A stretch of DNA of 64,000 bases. It comes from Macrostomum lignano. Its lineage: Eukaryota. This document shows positions 21,517 to 35,700 of this stretch, piece by piece. The notes beneath the pieces are model-generated. The model had not been told where the DNA came from. It did no database searches and worked only from the letters and a program-made list of their open reading frames with translations. Each line of letters starts with the position of its first letter. Position 1 is the first letter of the stretch. The stretch is from positions 372,001-436,000 of the forward strand of contig NIVC01000396.1 of assembly GCA_002269645.1 (NCBI GenBank). Direction: 5' to 3'. Position numbers and translations under genes: made by a program.

Positions 21517-23282
21517 AATATGGAGTGTCTCAGGTTGGTGAATATGGAGTGACACAGGTTGGTGAATACGGAGTGACACAGGTTGGTGAATACGGAGTGA
21601 CACAGGTTGGTGAATACGGAGTGACTCAGGTTGGTGAATATGGAGTGACACAGGTTGGTGAATACGGAGTGACACAGGTTGGTGAATATGGAGTGACTCA
21701 GTTTGTTGAATATGGAGTGACTCAGTTTGTTGAATATGGAGTTACACAGGTTGGTGAATATGGAGTGACTCAGGTTGGTGAATATGGAGTGACTCAGGTT
21801 GGTGAATATGGAGTGACTCAGGTTGGTGAATATTGAGTGACACAGGTTAGTGAATACGGAGTGACACAGGTTGGTGAATATGGAGTGACTCAGTTTGTTG
21901 AATATGGAGTGACTCAGGTTGGTGAATATGGAGTGACTCAGGTTGGTGAATATGGAGTGACTCAGGTTGGTGAATATGGAGTGACACAGGTTGGTGAATA
22001 CGGAGTGACACAGGTTGGTGAATATGGAGTGACTCAGTTTGTTGAATATGGAGTGACTCAGGTTGGTGAATATGGAGTGACTCAGGTTGGTGAATATGGA
22101 GTGACACAGGTTGGTGAATATGGAGTGACTCCGGTTGGTGAATATGAATTGACTCAGGTTGGGGAATATGGAGTGACTCAGTTTGTTGAATATGGAGTGA
22201 CTCAGGTTGGTGAATATGGAGTGACTCAGGTTGGTGAATATGGAGTGACACAGGTTGGTGAATATGGAGTGACTCAGGTTGGTGAATATGGAGTGACTCA
22301 GGTTGGTGAATATGGAGTGACTCAGGTTGGTGAATATTGAGTGACACAGGTTAGTGAATACGGAGTGACACAGGTTGGTGAATATGGAGTGACTCAGTTT
22401 GTTGAATATGGAGTGACTCAGGTTGGTGAATATGGAGTGACTCAGGTTGGTGAATATGGAGTGACACAGGTTGGTGAATATGGAGTGACTCAGGTTGGTG
22501 AATATGGAGTGACTCAGGTTGGTGAATATGAATTGACTCAGGTTGGTGAATATGGAGTGACTCAGGTTGGTGAATATGGAGTGACACAGGTTGGTGAATG
22601 AATTGACACAGGTTGGTGAATGAACTTACACAGGTTGGTGAATATTGAGTGACACAGGTTGGTGAATGAACCGACACAAATCGGTGAATGAACTGACACA
22701 AATTAGTGAATGAACTGACACAAATCGGTGAATGGACTGACACAACTTAGTGAATGAACTGACACAAATCGGTGAATGAACTGACACAAATTAGTGAATA
22801 AACTGACACAAATCGGTGAATGAACTGACACGAATTGGTGAATAAACTGACACAAATCGGTGAATGAATTGGCACATATTGGTGAATGAACTGACACAAA
22901 TCGGTGAATGAACTGACACAAATTAGTGAATAAACTGACACAAATTGGTGAATAAACTGACACAAATCAGTGAATGAACTGACACAAATCGGTGAATGAA
23001 CTGACACGAATTGGTGAATGAACTGACACGAATTGGTGAATGAACTGACACGAATCGGTGAATGAACTGACACAAATCGGTGAATGAACTGACACGAATT
23101 GGTGAATAAACTGACACAAATCGGTGAATGAACTGACACAAATCGGTGAATGAACTGACACGAATTGGTGAATGAACTGACACGAATTGGTGAATGAACT
23201 GACACGAATCGGTGAATGAACTGACACGAATCGGTGAATAAACTGACACAAATCGGTGAATGAATTGGCACATATTGGTGAA
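21517..23282. repeat. Compound minisatellite: 24-bp unit (to about 22600) grading into a related 22-bp unit
   Basis: Units tggagtgactcaggttggtgaata and tgaatgaactgacacaaatcgg share a tgacaca..ggtgaat core. A variant block recurs at +504 (21834/22338). Confidence 0.93.
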
Positions 23283-23564
23283 TATTAATTGAATCCTAAT
23301 CGAAACTCACTGATCTCCGAATTTACATAGTCGGGTGTATTTTTGAATTTAAGAGGTCAACAGATCCTATCAATGTCAGCGGCCAAGAACCCAATTTTCC
23401 GAGAATCACTCGCGCAAAAATGACAACCAAATCAGCTCTGTGATGAAGCGAATGAATCGTCAATCCGGATGCAAAAACCGAAACGAAATGATATTCGATA
23501 CAAGATTTGCGACAAATGAGCAGCCTGTAGAGTGTGCCGAGTGTACAGTGCCAGTGAGTGTGCC

Positions 23565-23745
23565 TCACTGGCAGTTGTCCGCCTGGCACCGCGGCTGGCC
23601 AACGAGGCTGTCGGAGAGGGCGCAGCTGCACCGTTGGCAGAGCGGCCGCTCCAGTCGGGTCTGCAGCCATGCGAAAATTCGGCGACTGATTTTCACGCTG
23701 TGGGACCGGCTCGCTGCGAATCTGTCAAGGTGCCACACAGTGCCG
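23565..23745 (-). CDS. LLTP terminal exon 11 (GTVWHL..CQRCSC..PRCQADNCQ*)
   Basis: Phase-2 CCAG acceptor gives LAMDSGTVW; Cys-rich tail; TGA at 23565-23567. Confidence 0.75.
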
Positions 23746-26700
23746 CTGGCTGCGGGTGGGCAGGTGCGGGAGGAGCAGCTGCTGTCATTTCCTCTGCGGC
23801 TCTGCCACCCTCTGCCACCCTCTGCCACCCTCTACCACCCCTGACCCTCTGCCACCCTCTGCCACCCTCTGCCACCCTCTGCCACCCTCTGCCACCCTCT
23901 GCCACCCTCTGCCACCCTCTGCCACCCTCTGCCACCCTCTGCCACCCTCTGCCACCCTCTGCCACCCTCTGCCACCCTCTGCCACCCTCTGCCACCCCTG
24001 ACCCTCTGCCACCCCTGACCCTCTGCCACCCCTGACCCTCTGCCACCCTCTGCCACCCTCTGCCACCCCTGACCCTCTGCCACCCTGACCCTCTGCCACC
24101 TTCTGCCACCCTCTGCCACCCTCTGCCACCTTCTGCCACCCTCTGCCACCCTCTGCCACCCCTGACCCTCTGCCACCCTCTGCCACCCTCTGCCACTCTA
24201 TGCCACCCTCTGCCACCCTCTGCCACCCTCTGCCACCCTCTGCCACCCCTGACCCTCTGCCACCCTCTGCCACCCTCTGCCACTCTATGCCACCCTCTGC
24301 CACCCTCTGCCACCCTCTGCCACCCTCTGCCACTCTATGCCACCCTCTGCCACCTTCTGCCACCCTCTGCCACCCTCTGCCACCCCTGACCCTCTGCCAC
24401 CCTGACCCTCTGCCACCTTCTGCCACCCTCTGCCACCCTCTGCCACCCTCTGCCACCCTGACCCTCTGCCACCCTCTGCCACCCTCTGCCACCCCTGACC
24501 CTCTGCCACCCTGACCCTCTGCCACCTTCTGCCACCCTCTGCCACCTTCTGCCACCCTCTGCCACCCTCTGCCACCTTCTGCCACCCTCTGCCACCTTCT
24601 GCCACCCTCTGCCACCCTCTGCCACCTTCTGCCACCCTCTGCCACCCTCTGCCACCCCTGACCCTCTGCCACCCTCTGCCACCCTCTGCCACTCTCTGCC
24701 ACCCTCTGCCACCCTCTGCCACCCTGACCCTCTGCCACCCTGACCCTCTGCCACCTTCTGCCACCCTCTGCCACCTTCTGCCACCCTCTGCCACTCTCTG
24801 CCACCCTCTGCCACCCTCTGCCACCCTGACCCTCTGCCACCCTGACCCTCTGCCACCTTCTGCCACCCTCTGCCACCTTCTGCCACCCTCTGCCACTCTC
24901 TGCCACCCTGACCCTCTGCCACCTTCTGCCACCCTCTGCCACCCTCTGCCACCCTCTGCCACCCTCTGCCACCTTCTGCCACCCTGACCCTCTGCCATCT
25001 CCTGACCCTCTGCCACCCACCATCAACCCTCTATATGACTCTTCATCATCCCCTCAATAAAACCTTCCCCAATCCCCTGTATGACTCAATCACCTCTCTT
25101 TCTCTCCTTTTTCTTCTTGCTTCTCTCCTCCCCTCGCCATTTCTCAACACAGCTGCCCCAGTTCTCCCCTCTTCCCCTTGCCTTTGTTATACGAGTCCAT
25201 CGCCAGTTCGGCGCTGCAGTCGCCGCTGGGGTTCAGCGCCGTCAGGCTTCCGATTGGCTCGGCCCGCCTGTCCGAGTAGAAAACCTCCCTCCGGTCGTAG
25301 CCAATCAGATTTTGCAGCCAATCATTGATGCGAGTCGGCCTTGGGATGCCTCGCTTGGTGAGAACGTGCAAGAAGATTTCGCTGCTAACTACTTTGAATG
25401 CTTTGTCGAATGCTCTGGCGTAGTCCCAGGATCGGGCAGTGCACCTGCGAGGTTGGAGAATACGAGTATGGGGTTCAAATAGGGTGGGGTGAGGGTAGAA
25501 ATAGGGGTTGCTCTTTATATGGGCAGAAGTTGTGGTGGCTGTCTGTAAGGGTAGGAATTGAAGTTACTGTCTATGGGGGTAGGAATTGGGGTGGCTGTCT
25601 ATGGGGGTAGGAATTGGGGTGGCTGTCTATGGGGGTAGGAATTGGGGTGGCTGTCTATGGGGGTAGGAATTGGGGTGGCTGTCTATGGGGGTAGGAATTT
25701 GGGTGGCTGTCTATGGGGGTAGGAGTTGGGGGGGCTGTCTATGGGGGTAGGAATTGGGGTGGCTGTCTATGGGGTAGGCAGGGTGGCTGTCTATGGTGAA
25801 GGAATCGGGGTGGCTGTCTATGGGGAAGGAATTGGGGTGGCTGTCTGTGGGGCATGAATCGGGGTGGCTGTCTATTGGGAAGGAATCGGGGTGGCTGACT
25901 ATGGGGGTAGGAATTGAGGTGGCTGACTATGGGGGTACGAATTGGGGTGGCTGTCTATGGGGTAGGAATTGGGGTGGCTGACTATGGGGGTAGGAATTGG
26001 GGTGGCTGTCTATGGGGTAGGCAGGGTGGCTGTCTTTGGTGAAGGAATCGGGTTGGCTGTCTATGGGGAAGGAATTGAGGTGGCTGTCTATCGGGGTAGG
26101 AATTGGGGTGGCTGTATATGGGGAGGGGGTAGGAATTGGGGGTGACTATCTAGGGGGATAGGGAATGGGGTGGCTGTCTATGTGGGGTAGAAACTGAGGT
26201 GGTTTTTTATGGGAGTTTTAAGTAGGCGATGTCACTCACGTCTGACACGAGAAGAGGAAGATATGCTTCTGCGCCAGAGGCTCCCATGCGTACTGAGTCT
26301 GCAGCGCCGCTAGCGCTTTGAGTACGTCGAACTGGTGCACTGAGGTGCCGTTCAGTCGGACTTTCACTAGGCCGGCGTTGAGGTCGGCGAGGTTGCCAAA
26401 CCGACGGCTGGTGTCGTGAATTGGATGCGCCGTCAGCACCGGCTCGCCTTGGCCGCCGAAATGAGCTAGGCCGAACTCCACGGACTTCAGGTCAGGATAG
26501 GACATGTTCAGCCGTTCTGGGAGGTTTGGTAGTTGGGTTCAGTTGAGAGTAGGTGAACAGGTAACAGGAGAGTAGAGAGTAACAGAGAAGAAAATGAGGT
26601 GGGTGGGTAACAGGTGAGAGTAGAAAATGAGGTGGGTGGGTAACAGGTGAGAGTAGAAAATGAGGTGGGTGGGTAACAGGTGAGAGGTGGGTGGGTAACA

Positions 26701-29700
26701 GGTGAGAGTAGAAAATGAGGTGGGTGGGTAACAGGTGAGAGTAGAAAATGAGGTGGGTGGGTAACAGGTGAGAGTAGAAAATGAGGTGGGTGGGTAACAG
26801 GTGAGAGTAGGAAATGAGAGTAGGGAGGTGGGTGGGTAACAGGTGAGAGTAGAAAATGAGGTGGGTGGATAGGATAGCAGGTGAGAGGTGGGTGGGTGTC
26901 CTGTTGTGTTGCTGTTGTGTCCAGCAATTTAATTTCTGCTTTAAAGAAAATCCAGTTACAAAGCTCCTATTTAGTAAAGTGATTCAACTTGCTCGTAAAA
27001 ACACAATTGAAGTTCATTTTTTGTTTTTCAAAGCCGTTCTAAATATTTTCTATTTTTACAGTTTCTGCTTTCAGACAAAGTCAGGATTCGCTTGTCTGTG
27101 TTTCTATGCCTATTAGAAAATTGGCACTACTAATATTTGGGATTGGAGCGACAGCAATATTTTTTAGAAAACAAAAGCCAACCCAACTCGAGTGCCTTTG
27201 CACTGACTCTGCAATTTTACAGTCTAATTCAGGTCTAATTTTAGCAATCAGTTTTGCAATTTAAGCAATCGCAATCTTCATGTAGCCAAGGGGTTCCTGA
27301 GCACATTTGGCTTTTTTCATTTTTGCGGCTTTGCAGAAAAATATCTCTCTCTCTCTCCCCTAGCGATAAGATAGAGAGAGAGTATGAGAGTGGGTGTGAG
27401 AGAGGGTATAAGAAGGGAAATTTAAGAAAAGGTGGTATTGAGAGGGTGGAAGACAATGAGAGAATGCAAGAGAAAGCACGAGAAAGGATGTGAAGAGGGT
27501 GTGAAGAGGGTGTGAGGAGGGTTTATGAGAGAGTGTGAAAGAGAGGGTGAGAGAGAGTGTGAGAGAGGGGGAGAGAGAGGATGTGAGAGAGGGTGTGACA
27601 GAGGGCGTGAGAGAGGATGTGTGTGAAGGTATGAGGTTTGAGAGAGGGTTTGAGAGATATGAGAGTGGTTGTAATAGGGGTGTGAGAGAGGGTGCGTGAG
27701 AGGGTGTGAGAGAGGGAGTGAAAGAGGATTTGAAGAAACGTGTGAAACAGGGTATGAGAGAAGATGTGAGAGGGTGTGTGAGAGGGTGTGTGAGAGGGTG
27801 TTTGAGAGGGTGTGTTAGAGGGTGTGTGAGAGGGTTTGAGAGGGTGTGTGAGAGGGTGTGTGAGAGGGTGTGTGAGAGGGTTTGAGAGGGTGTGTGAGAG
27901 GGTGTGTGAGAGGGTGTGTGAGAGGGTGTGTGAGAGGGTGTGTGAAAGGGTGTGTCAGAGGGTATGAGAGGCTGTTTGAGAGGGTGTGTGAGAGGGTGTG
28001 TGAGGGTGTGTGAGAGGGTGTGTGAGAGGGTGTGTCAGAGGGTATGAGAGGTGTGAGAGAGAGTGTCCGGGAGTTCGGAAGCCGCTGGAATCCCCGGCCG
28101 CGAACCCCCGGCTCACCGATGAGCTTGGCCAGGTAGCTGATGTAGGAGCCCCTCAGGCCGATGGCGCTGGCCACGCAGTCCGAGTTCTCCAGCAGGAAGA
28201 CGGCCTGCAGGCGCTTGCGCAGCACCCGCGGCTCGCTGATCAGGTCGTCCTTGACGATGGTCGTCTCCTCGTCGACCCTGCACCGGACGCAGCTGTAGGG
28301 CGTGTTGATGTTCACCAGCTCGTTCCGGCAGCGGTCGGTGTACTGCACGGCCACCTCGCAGATGTCCTTGCCGAGACGGGCGAAGGCGCGGCACAGGTCC
28401 AGGTAGGGCCGAGGGTTGACTGTGGTGAAGCACTTGTCGAACGAGAAGTTGCCCCAAGAGAACCACAGCCGGCAGTTGGCCTCGGCTTCCGGCGACTCCA
28501 CCGCCGGCGAGAGGGTGGCGTCGGGTCCGCCGGTCTCGGTGGCGAGGCACCTGCCGGAGGTCCAGTAGCGGATGTGCGAGTCCCGGCTACCGCCTTGAAG
28601 GTCGTTGGCCCTGTGGCCGTCGTTGCTGCCGGCCATGCCGTCGACGCGGGCCTGGTAGAGAGGGTGCACCCGCAGCACGCAGGAGTCGGTGATGGAGTTG
28701 CACCGCAGCAGCAGGGTGTTGCGCAGCGTCTCGCCGTGGAAGCGGACGAGCAGGCGGCTCTTCTTGCGCTCCGCCTGCACCAGCCGGCCGCCGACGTAGC
28801 GACTCATCGGCAGCTTCTCGATGCGGCCGTTGATTTTGAGAACGCCGCTGGGGCTGATTGAGTACTGCACGCTGCCGAACCTCACCAGCAGGTCGTGCCG
28901 CACCGCCGTCCCGTTCACTTCGCGGTAGCTCTGGGCCACGGTGAACTCATTCAGCCGGAAGTCGTGCGCCAGGACGTAGCTGCATGGCAACGGGTTCACC
29001 AGGCTGATCCCGTCGAAGGTGATGAGGCTGCGGCCGCCTACCAGCACCGCCGTCCGGTGCCGCATCGCCAGCTGGCGCACCAACGGGTCCCACAGGCCGG
29101 CGTCCATCTGGCGCCAGTCGTTGAACATCGACAGCAGCTCGTAGCCGTCGGACGAGGTGGCGAACAGTCGGCCTCGGAATCGACGCGCCGTTGCTCGAAT
29201 CGATCGAACTCGGGCCAGGCGGCGGCGCCAAACCCGCGGGCTCAGGCTGTCCAGGTACACCGGCGGGTACACGTCGCCAACCACCGCGGCGAAGGCGGCG
29301 TCTCCGCTTTCTCGGCATTTGGCGTCGCAGACAGGCCGCCATACGCGCAGCCCGTAGGCGTCAGTCATCAGCAGGCGGCGGACTGCGGCGGCGAACTCGC
29401 CGTTGGTGAGCAGCCGCCAGCTGTCTTCGAGGTTGCGCCAGTAGCCCAGCGACCCCGGCCCAGCCAGCTGCCGCGCCAGCCGCAGCGGCCAGCTGAGGAG
29501 CCGCTCGCGCCGCTCGGCCTCACCCGACCCGGCGCCGAAGTCGATCCACAACCGAAGCTCGTACAGCGCGTCGTCCAGCCACTCCTTTAGGCGGACCAAG
29601 TCGCCCAGGTGGCCAATGGCGAATGGCAGCAGGTCATCGGCCAGCAGCCCGAGTGAGTCGCTGACCGCTGCCTGCAGGGCCAGCTCGATCTGCAGCAGCG

Positions 29701-32700
29701 CTTTCGCCATCTCCGCCTTGACGGAGCCCAACGACAGCAGCTGGCTCGCCCGCTCGGACAGCAGGCGCAGCACCGAGGCGGTCGCGCCGTCTCGGCCGGA
29801 CACAGCGGCGCCGGAGCTCAGCATCCGGCGAAGGAAACTGTCCGAGACCTCCAGGCAGCCGGACAGCCAGTCGCTGACGAGGCCGGCCGCGGATTTGCCG
29901 GCGTCCAGGCCGGCACGCCAGGCGGCGAGCAGCGGCAGGCTGTCGACGAACTCGACCGCGGCGTCGGCGGCCAGCTGGACCCTCTCGGCCAGGCGCAGAT
30001 CGACGAGGCCGACGCCGCCCTCGGACAGGCGGCTGGCGAGCCAGTCAGACAGCTCAGCGACTCGCCAGGAGGCGGCGCCGCTGAATCGCTTCAACAATCG
30101 GACGATGGCGCCGAGCCTCGGATCGCTGCCGACCGCCTCGACGACGGCCTCGGCGTAGAGCTTCAGCGCAGTCAGGTCGGCCAGCAGCGGGTTGGTCGCC
30201 TCCTCGGCCAGCCGCTTGGCGTCCACCGACTTCAACAGGCGCTCGCCGGCCGCCCGCAGCAGGGCGTCGGTCGCCGAGCCGAATGCACGCAGGCCGGACG
30301 CCATCCAGGTGTCCAGCAGCGACTCCTTGAGGTGGGCGACGGCCGACTTCTGGCGGATGAGAGGCGAGTGAGTGCGGCAACTGCAAAAACAGGAACTAAC
30401 AGGCTTCAAAAACAGGCCCGATACAGTCTCCAAATGGACAAACAGACTTCCAAATACAGTACAGGTAAATACAGACTCATATCAGTCTGTATTCAAATAC
30501 AGTACAGGTAAATACAGACTCATATCAGTCTGTATTCAAATTCAGTACAGGTAATAAAAACAGACTCATATCAGTCTGTATTCAAATTCAGTACAGGTAA
30601 ATACAGACTCATATCAGTCTGTATTCAAATACAGTACAGGTAATAAAAACAGACTCATATCAGTCTGTATTCAAATTCAGTACAGGTAATAAAAACATAC
30701 TCATATCAGTCTGTATTCAAATTCAGTACAGGTAAATACAGACTCATATCAGTCTGTATTCAAATACAGTACAGGTAAATACAGACTCATATCAGTCTGT
30801 ATTCAAATACAGTACAGGTAAATACAGACTCATATCAGTCTGTATTCAAATACAGTACAAGTAAATACAGACTCATATCAGTCTGTATTCAAATACAGTA
30901 CAGGTAAATACAGACTCATATCAGTCTGTATTCAAATACAGTACAGGTAAATACAGACTCATATCAGTCTGTATTCAAATACAGTACAGGTAAATACAGA
31001 CTCATATCAGTCTGTATTCAAATACAGTACAGGTAAATACAGACTCATATCAGTCTGTATTCAAATACAGTACAGGTAAAAACAGACTCATATCAGTCTG
31101 TATTCAAATTCAGTACAGGTAAATACAGACTCAGATCAGTCTGTATTCAAATACAGTACAGGTAAAAACAGACTCATATCAGTCTGTATTCAAAGTCAGT
31201 ACAGGTAAATACAGACTCATATCAGTCTGTATTCAAATTAGTACAGGTAAATACAGACTCATATCAGTCTGTATTCAAAGTTCATTCATTTAAGTTTCGA
31301 ACTGCTCTCTCCATCAAGTCATTGCAGTGCGTGGGAAGGATTCCGCGGAACGTCAGGGGGGCCGAGGCGAAGCGCATTTTGCTTGCACGGGGGAATTAAA
31401 TATTGTGCAGGTGTGAAACTGCGGCTGACTTCACAGCCTGCTCACTAATTTGTGGGATTTTGTATGTAAGCTGATTGTAGGCTGGCTGCACCACCTGGTC
31501 CTTTTAGTGGGCGTAAAAGTGTAAATTATCATTTATTATTATCGAAGCTGAATTCGATCGAACTTTGTGTGCTCACTGTAACTGCGTTTAGTTGTTAGAG
31601 CAGTTGACCTGTCACTTTTTTATTGCTAATTTTGATGAGATAGGAGTGTTTTGAGAGATGAGATTGGAGTATTCTAGATCATATTGGTGTATTCTAGTTC
31701 TAGATTAGATGTGAGTATTATGGGAGCATTTAGGGTGACATGGGAGCATTCAGGGTGAGATGGGAGCATTCAGGGTGAGATGGGAGCGTTTAGGGTGAGA
31801 TGGTAGCATTCAGGGTGAGATGGGAGCATTCAGGGTGAGATGGGAGCATTTAGGGTGAGATGGGAGCATTCAGGGTAAGATGGGAGCATTTAGGGTGAGA
31901 TGGGAGCATTTAGGGTGAGATGGGAGCATTTAGGGTGAGATGGGAGCATTCAGGGTGAGATGGGAGCATTCAAGATGGTTCAGGACCGGTTGAGATGGTC
32001 TAGCACTGCATGCCAGAGATGAGATGCCTTCAATTAACTATCAAACAAGCTAAACTGAGACCAGACCAATCACACACACAGAGAGGCGGATTGAACTCAC
32101 GACTCCATCGACTCGTTCTGATCGCCAGGCGCTGCTGCCCTCCATCGAGTTGTTGCCGTGCAGCCGCAGCCCCAGTGAGAACAGGTTCAGACCGGCCGGC
32201 ACCGAGGCTGGCTCGGCCGGGTCCGGCCACTGTCCGAACCGCATCCGGCCGACTAGAACTGCCGCGTGAGCTCGCCGGCCATCGTCCGAGACGCCGGCCG
32301 AGGCAAAGACCAGCGTGGCGTTTGGCCGAAAGCCGGGGCCGCCGCTGCCGCCGCCGAATCGGCGACTCGCTCGAAGGTTGGCGGGGAAGTCGAAGCCGCC
32401 CAGTCCGGTGTCCAAGGCGGCGGTCAGGCGGCTCCTCCGCTTGTCCAAGACGGCGTCCAGACGGGCGGCCTGGCGGTCGTTGCCGGAGGCGAAGACGGTG
32501 AAGCGGTCCAGCCGTTGGCCGGGAGCGAACCTCAGGCTGATGGCGGACCCGTTATCGCCCTGGGCGCAGGAGAGGCTATTTTTAGACTTACTCGATTTCT
32601 CCTGTCTACGGACACGCCCAAAATTTAGTTTTCTTCAAATCAAAATTTGCCATTTTCCAGGAATCAAAATCTTTAATTAAGGAACCTGCCTGCTGTGTAA

Positions 32701-35700
32701 GGCTGAACTATGATGTTCATTGGAGTGGAATCTAGCTAAATGAGAAATGAAACTGGTTATCGATATTTTTCATTTACCTTCTCTCTCCTTCACAGCATCT
32801 TCTTTCTATCGCTCATTCTAATCTCTTCTCTCTCACTCTAATCTCTTCTTTGTCATTCTAATCTCTTCTCTTCTCATTCTAATCTCTTCTCTCTCACTCT
32901 AATCTCTTCTCTCTCATTCTAATCTCTTCTCTTCTCATTCTAATCTCTTCTTTGTCATTCTAATCTCTTCTCTCTCATTCTAATCTCTTCTCTCTCATTC
33001 TAATCTCTTCTCTCTCATTCTAATCTCTTCTCTGTCATTCTAATATTTTCTTTCTCATTCTAATCTCTTCTCTCTCATTCTAATCTCTTCTCTCTCATTC
33101 TAATCTCTTCTCTGTCATTCTAATCTCATCTTTGTCATTCTAATCTCTTCTCTCTCATTCTAATCTCTTCTCTCTCATTCTAATCTCTTCTCTCTCATTC
33201 TAATCTCTTCTCTCTCATTCTAATCTCTTCTTTGTCATTCTAATCTCTTCTCTGTCATTCTAATCTCTTCTTTGTCATTCTAATCTCTTCTCTCTCATTC
33301 TAATCTCTTCTCTGTCATTTTAATCTCTTCTCTGTCATTCTAATCTCTTCTCTGTCATTCTAATATTTTCTTTCTCATTCTAATCTCTTCTCTCTCATTC
33401 TAATCTCTTCTCTCTCATTCTAATCTCTTCTCTCTCATTCTAATATCTTCTCTCTGTCATTCTAATCTCTTCTTTCTCTTTCTAATCTCTTCTCTCTCAT
33501 TCTAATCTCCTCTCTTCTCATTCAAATCTCTTCTCTGTCATTCTGCTCTTTTCTCTGTCATTCCAGTCTCTTCTCCCTAATCTTTGCATGCTTCACCAGA
33601 CAGCTCCCAAAAAGGCGGACCAATCATAAGCTGAAGCAGTTTAAGACCGATTCCTGGCCAAAGTTTTTGTTGAAAACTATTTTTCGATACATATCGGCAA
33701 TCGGCCTTGGAAGCCTGGCCTGATCCAGCAATCCAATTCAAAACTCACCGCGCAGGTGAACTCTCGCAGTGGCCGGTAGACAAACTTAAACGACTTGTTG
33801 ACGCCATGCGACGGCACTTCGATCCGCACGTCGCCCAGGAGCAGGGGAAGACGGCGACAGCGAGATTCGTCGTCCAGAGAGTCGCCGTCCATCTCGACTG
33901 TCGCGCTCAGCCGCGAGCTGGCGCCGTCGCCCGCCGTCGGGCCGCTGGTCTCCAGCAGCAGGTCGATTCGACACAACTGCCGCTCGAAGCCGACCTGGGC
34001 TCGCGCCGTCTCCCGGTCGCCGGCCAGCTGTCGGAGCACCAGTGCGGAGCGGCCGATACCGTCCTCCCATCGCAGCTCCAGCGTCATCCGGTCGAGCAGA
34101 AACGGCGCCTCACATGTCGCCGACGCGGCCCAGACGGAGCCCTCGCTGCCGGCCATCAGGTCGAGGCGGATCTTTCTATCGGGCGCTCGAGCGGCGTCCC
34201 AGGCCACGCGGACGCCGAGACCGCTGGACGACTCTAGCGGAATGGGCGACGCTCGCCTCCCCGCTGCGTCTTCGGACCGCCCTGCAGCTAAGCTGGACGA
34301 CTCCGACCGGTTCTGAAGCGGCCAAATTTCGACTCGAATCAGTCGGGTCGGCAACTCCAACTCCAGCGCTCTCTGCTGCGGCTCCGGTCCTCGTTGAAGA
34401 GCCACCACCAGGCCGCGGTTGAGTCGCCTGTTGATGAAGAATTTCAGACTCTTCCTGTCCAGGGTCGGGTCGAACTCTTTGGCAACCACGAAGTGACGCT
34501 GTGGGCTCTCAGTTTCGAAGCGGAAGTCGCGACCACCGGGCTGGCCTGTTGAGCCGAGACTCGCATTGGCCGAGTAGGGTCCGACCTGAGCGCCCGCCCA
34601 CCTGACCAGCCTGCCGCCGAGGGACTTAGAGCCGTCCGGCCGGGACAGGTCGAAGCCGACCTCCCAGTCGGTAAAGCCCGCGGCCCGAGCGCTGCCCCGG
34701 CTGGGCCGGCTGGGCCAGCCGCCCGACCCGCCCAGCAGGCCAGCCGTCACGGCGCTGTTCTCAATTCCATCCACAAACACCCGGCTGCTGAACGCCATGG
34801 TGTAGTTGTCTTCGCCCCTTAGCATTCCAGCTGACATCTGAGTCTTCACAGTTGTTGCTGACCACAGCAATCCAGCGTTGGAAGTGAGCTGAGCTTCCAC
34901 ACTGAAGTTGACACCATGGTCCGTCTGCTCTGTGACTGTCAAATAGCCGTTGAGCATCTCAGCTCCCGCCCGGCCGTAGCTCAGCACCACCTTCCGCCCG
35001 TTCTCAACCAGCTGGTGCTCAGCCGCCAGCTCCACAGATCGGCGCAGTCCGAGAAGCGGCACCGTCAGGCTCAAGGACACCGCTTTTGCTCCGACGCCTC
35101 CTTGATTCGTTCTGGACGTTCGGAAGCTCGGAAAGGCCAGCGACAGGTCGGCCACGTCGCTGGATCGGAACTGGAGCAGCTGCTCCGCCAGTACGAAGTG
35201 AAACACGCCGTTCAGGCTGGTCCGAATCTCCGCGATCCTCTCGCCGCGGTCCAGGTCGGCGCTCAGCTGCCACAGACTGTCGCCCCGCGGCCCTGTCAGG
35301 TTCGCCCTGGCGCTCAGAGCCCGCGGTAGGCGACTGAGACTGTGCCCGTAGGTCAGGCTGCCCGCCGCTGAGGACGCCAGGCTCAGCTGGAAATCGCCTT
35401 TCAGACCGCCTCGGTTTTGCGCGGCCAGCCTGAACGGAGTGGCCGGCAGCGGCACGGTGACTCCTGGCAGGATCTGAGCGCTGGAGCTTCGACTGTCGAC
35501 CCGGTGACTGACTGTGAGGTTCATTCGGTTGCCACTGACTGTGTACGCAACGGTCAGAGTGTTGGGCGCGTCCTGCCTGCCGTAGGTGACCACCGCCTGG
35601 CCTGGCCGCCGCACAATCTCTGCCACGGTGATCGAATCGTCAACTCGGATCTCCAGTCGCATGGATTTGTCACCTGCGGTGCCGGAGTCGCCACTCGACG

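Noticed and set aside
21504-23273. GVTQVGEY and FIHRFVS repeat proteins
   Set aside because: Translations of the 24/22-bp minisatellite on both strands.
23693-25026. RG-rich GRGWQRVAE ORFs
   Set aside because: 10-bp repeat inside LLTP intron 10.
30455-31280. Palindromic 43-bp repeats as a CRISPR array
   Set aside because: Inter-hairpin sequence is the same in every unit, so there are no variable spacers; it is an intronic minisatellite.
31390-31485. Possible extra LLTP exon (VVQPAYNQLTYKIPQI, GTGAGC donor)
   Set aside because: Acceptor lacks a pyrimidine tract and its end phase does not fit either downstream acceptor.
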